NCBI GenBank assembly: GCA_001771185.1
Contig: METB01000001.1
Coordinates: forward strand, 375,200-439,199
Direction: 5' to 3'
Source of the DNA: a candidate division Kazan bacterium RIFCSPHIGHO2_01_FULL_44_14
GTDB taxonomy: Bacteria; Patescibacteriota; Kazan-3B-28
DNA: 64,000 nucleotides
This document shows positions 29,569-37,485 of the stretch, piece by piece. The notes below the pieces were generated by a model, which saw only the letters and a list, made by a program, of their open reading frames with translations, ran no database searches and was not told the DNA's origin. Position numbers and translations under genes: made by a program. The stretch's first letter is position 1. Every line of letters begins with the position of its first letter.

Positions 29569-29826
29569 TCCTAATATTTCCAGAGTGGCCTTGACGGATG
29601 GATTAGTAGTGTTCAATAGCGTTACCCTGCCGGGGTATTTCTCGAATAACGGTCGCAGAAACTCATCCCCCCAAGAAGGAGCAAAGGCATTAACGCCGGC
29701 AAAATCAATTTCCAATGATTCGCCCGAGGAAATATCTGTAAGCTGTGATTGTAATGCCAAGGCGGCGTCTCGGCCAGCTGGTCGCGACATCAAGATGGCG
29801 CCAAATTTTTCTAATTTAATCAGCAT
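29560..29826 (-). CDS. STAS-like domain protein (DUF4325-like)
   Basis: 88 aa. ...LEIDFAGVNAFAPSWGDEFLRPLF resembles the DUF4325/STAS fold that is frequently encoded next to GHKL ATPases. Confidence 0.45.
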   Translation of the reverse strand: MLIKLEKFGAILMSRPAGRDAALALQSQLTDISSGESLEIDFAGVNAFAPSWGDEFLRPLFEKYPGRVTLLNTTNPSVKATLEILGYQ

Positions 29827-29843
29827 AACCCTAAGTCAAAGAA

Positions 29844-30590
29844 TTAGAAGTAGAGAACCGCTAGGCAGCCGCGCAAAAAGGGAGCCAGTTGAACCTTTAA
29901 ATCAGTATCATTCTGTCGTAGTTCAAGTTTCGCATCGCCGGATTGGAAAGTAAGACGCAGAGGATTTTCGGTAACCACTTTGCGGGTGAGTTTCAAGCCG
30001 TTGCCCCTCGCTTCCGGGTCGCGACCGGATATTCTTTCGGTGAAAGCGAGCCAAAGGGCGTCTTGGTGGGTTTGGAGATTAGGACGGACGCGCTGGAGGG
30101 TATGTAACACGCCTACGCCACGATCGGCCATCACTAAGTATCTATCGAAGATGCTGTAGTAGAAATAAATCCCGGGCAGGTCAGGCCAATTACCAATATT
30201 GTGGTCAAATGAATTGTTGCCAATCTCACCAGCAACAATAGTGATTAAGGGAGTTAAATAGCGTAACGTTGGCACTTTGGTTAGTTCGTAGGCCATTCGT
30301 TCTATGCGGGCAGAAAATACATCACGGGTGGCGCAGTACTGGTCTGGTGAGGGCACGATCCGATTCTCTGGCACGGTCGCCCAGTGGAGCGCGGAGTTCA
30401 CCAGGGGCGCAGTTCTTTTTAGGCGTTTGGCATAAATAGTGGCCTCGATATCTTCGGCAAGATAGTAGCGGTGCCCCGTGGCAGAGGCGCGATGGGACTT
30501 GAGTGCTCCGCTACTGTCCCAGCGTCTTAGGGTGTCCATCGAAACCCCGAGCCGTTTGGCCGCCTCGCCTATGTAGAGATGTTTAGTCAT
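29844..30590 (-). CDS. MerR/excisionase-type HTH fused to GHKL (HATPase_c) ATPase domain
   Basis: N-terminal IGEAAKRLGVSMDTLRRW helix-turn-helix. C-terminal half has an N-box-like EIGNNSFDH, DRGVGV (G1) and GRDPEARGNGLKL (G2). Confidence 0.5.
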   Translation of the reverse strand: MTKHLYIGEAAKRLGVSMDTLRRWDSSGALKSHRASATGHRYYLAEDIEATIYAKRLKRTAPLVNSALHWATVPENRIVPSPDQYCATRDVFSARIERMAYELTKVPTLRYLTPLITIVAGEIGNNSFDHNIGNWPDLPGIYFYYSIFDRYLVMADRGVGVLHTLQRVRPNLQTHQDALWLAFTERISGRDPEARGNGLKLTRKVVTENPLRLTFQSGDAKLELRQNDTDLKVQLAPFLRGCLAVLYF

Positions 30591-30661
30591 ACCTGTAATC
30601 TATGTATTTTACGACCTAATTATATCAAAATGCATAGATTGCGTCAATGGGCGAGTTGGGG

Positions 30662-32848
30662 CTAGGCAGGTTTGGTTTCGCCCCAGTTTACACCAGCTTC
30701 GGCATCGACATGGATGGGGACATCGAGCTGATAAACATTTTCCATTTTGTCCTTTACGAGTTTGGCGACCTTTTTGATGTCTTTGGTCGGGACTTCCAGC
30801 ACTAGTTCGTCGTGGACTTGGAGAAGCATTCGAGAACCTGGACTTGCTTTCGGCAGGGCTTTGGCGAGTTCAATCATGGCGACTTTCAGTAAGTCAGCGG
30901 CGGTGCCTTGGACGGGCATATTGATAGCGGCGCGGATGGAAGCGTTGCGGACGGCGGGGACTTGGGATTTAATTTCTGGGATGTAGCGACGACGGCCAAA
31001 CAAAGTTTCAACATAGCCATGCTGTTTAGCGAAGGCGGCGGTGTCGTCCATATATTGTTTGATTTCCGGATGAAGTTCGAAGTATTTATGAATATAGTTG
31101 GTGGCCTGGTGGATGGTCATATTAGTTCGAGCGGCCAGGCCGTAAGGGGAGACGCCGTAGATGATGCCGAAGTTAATCACCTTGGCATTTCGGCGCATGT
31201 CTTTGGTGACATCTTTAATTTTGACGCCGTTGACTTCAGCGGCGACGGTAGTGTGGATGTCCTCACCTTTATTGAAAGTCCGAATCATTCGCTTGTCGTG
31301 AGCGAGGGAGGCAATAACCCGCAGTTCGATTTGAGAATAATCAGCAGAGATTAACCGGAAACTCTTGGGGGCAATAAAGGCCTTGCGGATTTCGGCGCCC
31401 AAGTCAGAACGGATGGGAATGTTTTGAAGGTTGGGGTCTTTGGATGAAAGCCGTCCAGTGGAAGTGTCTTGGGCGTAAGTGGTGTGGACGCGGTTGTTTT
31501 TGTCGACTAGTTTAGGCAGGGTTTCGAGGTAGGTGTTCTTGAGTTTGGTGAGCTGACGATATTCTAAAATATGTTTGATAACAGGATGAGCGCGGTAGAT
31601 TTTTTCAAGTTCCGATACCCCGGTGGAATAGCCGGTCTTGCCAGTCAGTCGACGGCCAGGAGTTTTGGCGATATCTAAAGTTGGGAGTCCAAGGTCTTTG
31701 AATAAAAAAGTTGCCAGTTGAGCAGGGGAACTGATGTTAAATGGCTGGTCGGCGTATTTGTGGATATTCTTCTCGAGTTTTTCAATGCGAATGGAGATTT
31801 GGTCGTTTAGTTTTTTGAGCAGTTTAATGTCCAGCAAAATACCCGCTCGTTCCATTTTGCGGAGGATGGGGTCAAGTTGTTGGTCGAGGTCTTTCACGGT
31901 TTTTTTCTGGGGCCCTTTAGACCGACGGGCCTTATCAAAAAAAGATGCTTGTTTCCCAGCCGGTGGGGTTGTGAGGGTCCCGTTGGGAATTTTTTCATAG
32001 AGGGTCTTGAAGCCCATCCGCCGGAAGAATTCGGCAACTCGGAATTTATCGAAAGCGATGGCCTCGGCTTTGGCTAAATCAAGCTTGATAGGGATGGCGG
32101 TATGAATAGTGGCCAACCCCTGACTTTTGATGGCGTCCGGTTTACTCTTTTTTAATTTATCGGCGATGGTGGGAGAAATCTTCTCCAAGTTTTCATAGAT
32201 GGTTTCGATAGTCCCAAATTCTTGTAGAAGTTTGAGGGCAGTGACTTCACCAATGCCAGCCACCCCGGGGATGTTGTCAGAGGGGTCACCGCGGAGTCCT
32301 TTAAAATCGATAACTTGGTCGGGGCGGATGCCTTTGGTTTTTAAAACTTCTTCGGGGGTGTAGATGACGATATCGGAAAAACCTTTGCGCGGGGCATATA
32401 CAAAAATATGGTCGTTTACTAGTTGGAGGGCGTCCATATCACCGGTGGCAATGTAGGTATCGAGGGTGGCCGGGGCTTGCTTGGCCAATGTTCCAATAAT
32501 GTCATCCGCTTCAAAACCGTCTTTCAAAAAGACCGGGACATTGAAACTTTCGAGCAAGGCCTGAACTTCGGGGATTTGGTCGTAGAGTTCCTGGGGAGCT
32601 TTAATGCGAGTGGCCTTGTACTCAACATATTCTTTGTGGCGGAAAGTCGGGGCATTGGTATCAAAAGCCACTGCGATATAGTCGGGCTTGAGGCGGGTGT
32701 AAATGTTGATTAACATCACGGCAAAACCATAAATTGCCGTGGTGGGAGCGCCTGATGGGGAGGTGAGATTGGCACGTGAAAAAGCGTGGAAGGCACGGTG
32801 GACCAGGGCGTTGCCATCAATAAGGACTAGTTTTTTTCTAATAGTCAT
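30662..32848 (-). CDS. polA: DNA polymerase I (5'-3' exonuclease plus polymerase domains; no room for a 3'-5' exonuclease domain)
   Basis: N-terminal LVLIDGNALVHRAFHAF 5'-nuclease motif. C-terminal motif A (DYSQIELR), motif B (RRNAKVINFGIIYG) and motif C (QVHDEL). Only 728 aa. Confidence 0.9.
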   Translation of the reverse strand: MTIRKKLVLIDGNALVHRAFHAFSRANLTSPSGAPTTAIYGFAVMLINIYTRLKPDYIAVAFDTNAPTFRHKEYVEYKATRIKAPQELYDQIPEVQALLESFNVPVFLKDGFEADDIIGTLAKQAPATLDTYIATGDMDALQLVNDHIFVYAPRKGFSDIVIYTPEEVLKTKGIRPDQVIDFKGLRGDPSDNIPGVAGIGEVTALKLLQEFGTIETIYENLEKISPTIADKLKKSKPDAIKSQGLATIHTAIPIKLDLAKAEAIAFDKFRVAEFFRRMGFKTLYEKIPNGTLTTPPAGKQASFFDKARRSKGPQKKTVKDLDQQLDPILRKMERAGILLDIKLLKKLNDQISIRIEKLEKNIHKYADQPFNISSPAQLATFLFKDLGLPTLDIAKTPGRRLTGKTGYSTGVSELEKIYRAHPVIKHILEYRQLTKLKNTYLETLPKLVDKNNRVHTTYAQDTSTGRLSSKDPNLQNIPIRSDLGAEIRKAFIAPKSFRLISADYSQIELRVIASLAHDKRMIRTFNKGEDIHTTVAAEVNGVKIKDVTKDMRRNAKVINFGIIYGVSPYGLAARTNMTIHQATNYIHKYFELHPEIKQYMDDTAAFAKQHGYVETLFGRRRYIPEIKSQVPAVRNASIRAAINMPVQGTAADLLKVAMIELAKALPKASPGSRMLLQVHDELVLEVPTKDIKKVAKLVKDKMENVYQLDVPIHVDAEAGVNWGETKPA

Positions 32849-32977
32849 ATGTATATATTATACCTGACCATCCTGGTCGTCCCCGCGTAGGCGGGGACCC
32901 AGACAGAAAAAGATTTTTAATTTTCTTTTCTGGGTTCCCGTTTCCACGGGAACGACGGAGAAGATCAGGTAAGAAAA

Positions 32978-32998
32978 AGGCCTCCAGAGAGGAGGCCT
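32978..32998 (-). terminator. Rho-independent terminator for gene 33005..33460
   Basis: AGGCCTCC...GGAGGCCT hairpin followed on the minus strand by TTTTTCTT. Confidence 0.45.
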
Positions 32999-33004
32999 GA
33001 AAAA

Positions 33005-33460
33005 TCAACCAGAAGCCGAAAAGGTGTTGGTGGGAGGAGGGAGAGTAAGTGTACCAAGAGAAGGATAAAACCGATCGGCGAAAAGATTAGATTTTCGGTT
33101 CTCGATGTTGTAGAACCGATCGAGCACCGCAGTGAACAGGTTGAGGGTGAAGTACTTTTGGAAAGCCGGTAGGACTGAAAGGATTTCTGGCGGTGGGTCC
33201 TGAAGCGGGTTGGCAGTGATCTCGCCGTCGAACCACATGAAGGCAACGACGATGGCAATTTGTGGAATGGTATTGCATTCCCGAGATTGGCGGACGAGGT
33301 CGATTAATTCGTCGTGCCCGCAAGCACTTCCAAACTCGTCCAGCAGTAAAAACTCGGTTCCCGTTAGAACCCGGCGAACTCGCTGGTCGTTGGCGACTTT
33401 TATGAAATCGATTTGGGCAGAGGACAAACATTTTTTCCAAACCGATTCTTTTTTGCCCAT
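33005..33460 (-). CDS. Hypothetical protein
   Basis: Strong Shine-Dalgarno (AGGAGG, 8 nt upstream) and a terminator downstream. No motif recognised. Confidence 0.45.
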   Translation of the reverse strand: MGKKESVWKKCLSSAQIDFIKVANDQRVRRVLTGTEFLLLDEFGSACGHDELIDLVRQSRECNTIPQIAIVVAFMWFDGEITANPLQDPPPEILSVLPAFQKYFTLNLFTAVLDRFYNIENRKSNLFADRFYPSLGTLTLPPPTNTFSASG

Positions 33461-33643
33461 GGGTCATCCTCCTAAAAGTAAAGTACAAATCGGACATATC
33501 AGTATAGCATAAGCAAAAGGCCTCCTCTTGGAGACCTTATCCTCTCAATCTTAATAGGGAGGGAGAGTAGCGAGCTTGGCCTTTGGGCCGGGCTTCGCCC
33601 GTGAGCGTCGAGAGGGAACCCACTGGGTCCCTCTCGAGACAAA

Positions 33644-34510
33644 TTACCGAATTTGGTAGGTCAGGTTGACAGTGACTTTAATGCTGAAGTTGCCTGGTTC
33701 TGGAGTGGGGGCAACTACTTTTTCTCCACCACCCATACCGTCGTAAAGTGGGATTGGATTGTCATTGTATTCGTTGACCGACATCAGCCGACCAATTCTA
33801 AAACCGCCGTCTTCGGCCATTTGCTTGGCCTTGTCTTTGGCCTTGCTCATCGCCTCTTTTCTGGCTTCCGCTAGTTTGCTGTCGGGATTTTCTAAAGTAA
33901 AGACAACTTGCCCAACCTCGTTAGCACCGGCTTTGGTGGCAGCGGCGACTACATCGGTAGTGATATTGAGGTCGCGGATTGTAATTTGATAAGAGTGTTG
34001 GGCGCGGTATCCTGTAACAGTCGAAGTCCCATTGGAACGATAGGACTGTTCGGGGTAGAGGTTGTAGTTGGTGGTCTTAATGTCTTTGTCTTCAATCCCG
34101 AGGGTGGTGAGAGTATCTTTGATTTTTTGAGAAATGTCTGTAACTTGTTTTTCAACATTGGCCACGGTGTTGGCCAACTTGTTGACCCCAACAGTAACCT
34201 TGGCGATGTCGGGAGTGGCATAAACGGTAGCGTCAGCAGAGACATTCAATCCCTCGGGTTGGGTGGGATTGCTGACGCGGTTGCCAAACATATTGATGGC
34301 TCCGATAACTACACCAACGATGACCACTAAAGTTACTAAATCGACAAGTCGTTTGACGAGGTAGTTATTAGTAGGTGGCTTCGGGGTCGGTTGGGTAAAA
34401 ACAGGCGGTGGAGTTGTAGGGGTCGAAGGTGTCGGTGAAGTTGGTGATTGGTTGAAGTTGATTGGGCCAGAGGGCTCAATCGGATTTAGATTAGCGTCGA
34501 ATTCTACCAT
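33644..34510 (-). CDS. SIMPL/DUF541 family envelope protein with Pro/Thr-rich N-terminal linker and TM anchor
   Basis: C-terminal region ...YRAQHSYQITIRDLNITTDVVAAATKAGANEVGQVVFTLENPD... resembles DUF541. Confidence 0.55.
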   Translation of the reverse strand: MVEFDANLNPIEPSGPINFNQSPTSPTPSTPTTPPPVFTQPTPKPPTNNYLVKRLVDLVTLVVIVGVVIGAINMFGNRVSNPTQPEGLNVSADATVYATPDIAKVTVGVNKLANTVANVEKQVTDISQKIKDTLTTLGIEDKDIKTTNYNLYPEQSYRSNGTSTVTGYRAQHSYQITIRDLNITTDVVAAATKAGANEVGQVVFTLENPDSKLAEARKEAMSKAKDKAKQMAEDGGFRIGRLMSVNEYNDNPIPLYDGMGGGEKVVAPTPEPGNFSIKVTVNLTYQIR

Positions 34511-34523
34511 AGGGCTCCTTTCT

Positions 34524-34630
34524 TGCTGTCATTCTGAACGTAGTGAAGAATCTAGTGATAGCGTTCTGCCACACAGCAGAACTAGATCCTTCGACTCTTC
34601 TGCTGTACAGCAGAATCGCTCAGGATGACA
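34524..34630. repeat. MITE-like ~107-bp element with TGTCATTCTGAACG / CGCTCAGGATGACA terminal IRs
   Basis: Over its internal sequence it is essentially the reverse complement of the element at 35984..36079. Its termini match the IRs of the GIY-YIG element at 40750..41112. Confidence 0.6.
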
Positions 34631-34648
34631 TATTATGATATTAACGGT

Positions 34649-35974
34649 TCATTGTAGCAAACTTTTAATATACTCGCGCTCGTCGTAGGGGATGAGACCG
34701 GTTCGGGTGGCCATCATGGTTTGAGCGCCAAGCGCCAGGAACAAGACGGTGTCGTCGGGTTGGGCTTGTTCAAGCGCAAACCGGACGGCAGCTTTCCGAT
34801 CAACGATGATATAGAGGTTTTCATCTTCGTGAAACTTTTCCGGGGGAATCCCAGGGCGGATTTGATTGATAATGTCCATCGGGTCTTCGTTTCCGGGATC
34901 TTCTTCAGTCAGGATAATTGTGTCAGCAAAGTTGCTGGCAATTTTGCCAAGGACTGGACGTTTAGTTTTATCTCGATCGCCGGCTGACCCGAATACGGCG
35001 ATTAGTTTTTTGGGTGAAAACTCACGGACGGCCGAAAAGACCTTTTCAAAACCGTCTGGGGTGTGGGCATAGTCACAAATCACGGTGAATGGTTGGCCGA
35101 CCTTAATTCGGTCCATCCGGCCAGGGACGCTAGTGACACTCTCAAGCCCTTGTTTGATAATGGGGGTTGGTACTCCCAGAGCAAAGGCGGCGGAAGCGGC
35201 CGCCAAGGCGTTTTGGATATTGAATGTCCCGGGCAAGTGTAGCCGAACCGGGAGAGTTCCGGTTGGAGTCCGCATCTCAAACGAACTACCAGTCGGAGAG
35301 AGTTGAATAGCAGTGGCGGAAAGGGAGCTCTCGCGGGTCTCTAATGGTAGTTCTCTTTCAATGGTGTAATAAAAAGTATGGTCGGAAGGATACTTGGCGA
35401 GATAAGAAGAGGTCGGGTCGTCAAAATTTAACACCATAATTTTCGGGACGCCAGATTGGCGGGGTGAGGCGTATAGTTCGCGAAACAACTTGGCTTTGGC
35501 GTCGCGATACTCTTCAAAGGTTCGGTGATAGTCGAAGTGGTCTTGGGTGAGATTAGTGAAGACGGCTACATCATAGAAAATTCCCCAAGTTCGATGTTGG
35601 TTTAAAGCGTGAGACGAGGTTTCGATTACGGCGTATTTACATTTGGCGTTTACCATCCGGCGAAGCAATTTTTGGAGAGCGAAGGGGGACAGGGTGGTCA
35701 TTTTACTTTCGTTAACCCAACGCTTGTCACCAATCCAGAAGTTGACTGTCGTAGCGAGTCCGACTTTGGCCCCGCTGACGGCTAAAATATTGGCTAACAT
35801 GTTGCAGGTAGTAGTTTTCCCGTTGGTCCCGGTTACTCCAATTACGATTAGTTTTTGAGAGGGGAAGCCGCTTAGAGTTGAAGCCAAAACTCCTCTACCT
35901 TTGTGGTAGGTGTTGTAGAGAAAAGTGTCGGGGGCGAAGGCCCGGCCAAGAATTTTTTTGAGGAGATATTTCAT
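34649..35974 (-). CDS. Mur ligase family protein (MurE/Mpl-like)
   Basis: GVTGTNGKTTT P-loop and Mur ligase middle and C-terminal domains. Start is ambiguous among 35974, 35989 and 36052. Confidence 0.6.
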   Translation of the reverse strand: MKYLLKKILGRAFAPDTFLYNTYHKGRGVLASTLSGFPSQKLIVIGVTGTNGKTTTCNMLANILAVSGAKVGLATTVNFWIGDKRWVNESKMTTLSPFALQKLLRRMVNAKCKYAVIETSSHALNQHRTWGIFYDVAVFTNLTQDHFDYHRTFEEYRDAKAKLFRELYASPRQSGVPKIMVLNFDDPTSSYLAKYPSDHTFYYTIERELPLETRESSLSATAIQLSPTGSSFEMRTPTGTLPVRLHLPGTFNIQNALAAASAAFALGVPTPIIKQGLESVTSVPGRMDRIKVGQPFTVICDYAHTPDGFEKVFSAVREFSPKKLIAVFGSAGDRDKTKRPVLGKIASNFADTIILTEEDPGNEDPMDIINQIRPGIPPEKFHEDENLYIIVDRKAAVRFALEQAQPDDTVLFLALGAQTMMATRTGLIPYDEREYIKSLLQ

Positions 35975-35983
35975 GGTTTGTTT

Positions 35984-36079
35984 TGTCATCCTGAGCGGAA
36001 ACGAAGGATCTAGTTCTGCTGTACAGCAGAACGCTATCGCTAGATTCTTCATCCCGGCAGGCCGGGATTCAGAATGACG
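35984..36079. repeat. MITE-like ~96-bp element, inverted copy of 34524..34630
   Basis: TGTCATCCTGAGCG terminus. Internal ...ctagttctgctgtacagcagaacgctatcgctagattcttca... is the reverse complement of element A. Confidence 0.6.
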
Positions 36080-36088
36080 GGAAAATTA

Positions 36089-37138
36089 TCATCGGAAGCG
36101 ACTGATGAACGAATAGATTCGATAAAGAGAGCGATTCAGGGGCAACTCGAGCGTACCTATATATTCTACTGCTTGTCCGCCAAAGCCCTGCTTGAATCGG
36201 GTGATGCCAGCCCAAGGATGGTCGGGGTCGGGATGAATCCCACCGAGGTCATAAAATCGCATCCCTCGGCGCTTGGCCATGGTCATTCCAAACCAATGTA
36301 GCAGGTAAGGGGCCATCAGATTTTTATAGGTATCGCTGGAGGCCCCATGGACATAGGTGGTAGTATCGCCGAAGGTGACCAAAAAGATACTACCGAGAGG
36401 TGTATCGTTAATAATTTTTTCGTCGACATCAACCAACTTCTCGGCAAACAGTAGATTCCCCATCCCGGCTTGGTGGAGGGTGTGGATTTGAGTGATGTAG
36501 TAATTGGTTGAGTGGGGAATAAAGCCCTGGCGGCGACCGGTCTGGGTGGCTAGTCGAGCGAATTCTTTAATGTCTTCTTCACCAGTGCCGGACTTGATTA
36601 AAACTTCGTGTTTAGTCGCTACGTTAATGTTGTAGCGGGTTTTGGGTTTCATCTGTTGACGCAAAACTTCATCGCTAGTGTCTAATTTTACCAGCTGAAT
36701 GTGGCGGGGCTGGATGTTTTTATAAGGATTCGGGATAAAATTATTTGAGCGGTAAAAGGACAAGGTTAGAGCATCGTGAGCGAAAGCGTTGGGATCGATT
36801 CGAAACAGAATGGTTCGGTTGGTATGGCCCAACCGATTAATTTCTTGCAGTAAGAGCTTAGCGCTCTCTTGTTGGAGTTGAGCTGAAAGCCGTTTATTTA
36901 CGATGCTACCCCGCGGGGAATAGAGGATATACCAACCAAATCCGAGTGATAGTCGGATTACTAGCAGCTGATTGACGATTTCCCCGTCGTGTTCAACGGC
37001 TAACCGCCAGATAGGGTTGCCGAGCTTGAGCTGGAATTCACCCCAGGCCCAACTTTGCAGAAAATGCCGATCGGGTCGGGTGAGTAGGGCAGAGTCCCAA
37101 ATCTCTTGAGCCAGGGCTGACGGGGGAAGTAGTTTCAT
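36089..37138 (-). CDS. FemAB-family peptidoglycan interpeptide bridge aminoacyltransferase
   Basis: N-terminal ...FLQSWAWGEFQ... is a hallmark of the FemAB family. About 350 aa. Confidence 0.7.
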   Translation of the reverse strand: MKLLPPSALAQEIWDSALLTRPDRHFLQSWAWGEFQLKLGNPIWRLAVEHDGEIVNQLLVIRLSLGFGWYILYSPRGSIVNKRLSAQLQQESAKLLLQEINRLGHTNRTILFRIDPNAFAHDALTLSFYRSNNFIPNPYKNIQPRHIQLVKLDTSDEVLRQQMKPKTRYNINVATKHEVLIKSGTGEEDIKEFARLATQTGRRQGFIPHSTNYYITQIHTLHQAGMGNLLFAEKLVDVDEKIINDTPLGSIFLVTFGDTTTYVHGASSDTYKNLMAPYLLHWFGMTMAKRRGMRFYDLGGIHPDPDHPWAGITRFKQGFGGQAVEYIGTLELPLNRSLYRIYSFISRFR

Positions 37139-37204
37139 ACATGCTTATTATAGCAGAAAAGTGGCTTCTGGACTGCTATTCTTATGGTATAATTGGGACG
37201 CGGT

Positions 37205-37481
37205 CCCGTTAGAGACCAGATAGTATGTACTATGTCTATATATCGCGTAGTAGTAAGTCGGGCCGGTTGTATACTGGGTTTACTTCCAATCTACGGAAAC
37301 GCCCGATAGTGCATAGTAGTAATATGGGTGGTTACACTTCTGGCCGTGGGCCTTATCGTTTGGTTTACTACGAGGCGTGTAACAACATTGAGGACGCTTT
37401 GGCGCGTGAGTTGTATTTAAAGTCAGGTATGGGTAAGAGATATATAAAAAATCGTATTCGGCGTTTCCTGTCTCTAACGGG
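37205..37481 (+). mobile_element. GIY-YIG element bounded by perfect 12-bp IRs CCCGTTAGAGAC / GTCTCTAACGGG
   Basis: The IRs flank the GIY-YIG ORF. The same IR core bounds the non-coding mini-elements at 21325, 22151, 46451 and 47234. Confidence 0.55.
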
Positions 37482-37485
37482 ATGA
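37225..37485 (+). CDS. GIY-YIG nuclease family protein (COG2827/UPF0213-like)
   Basis: MYYVYISRSSKSGRLYTGFTSNLRKR matches the GIY-YIG core (YVY...G.LY.G.T.NL..R). Two paralogs lie elsewhere in the window. Confidence 0.7.
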   Translation: MYYVYISRSSKSGRLYTGFTSNLRKRPIVHSSNMGGYTSGRGPYRLVYYEACNNIEDALARELYLKSGMGKRYIKNRIRRFLSLTG

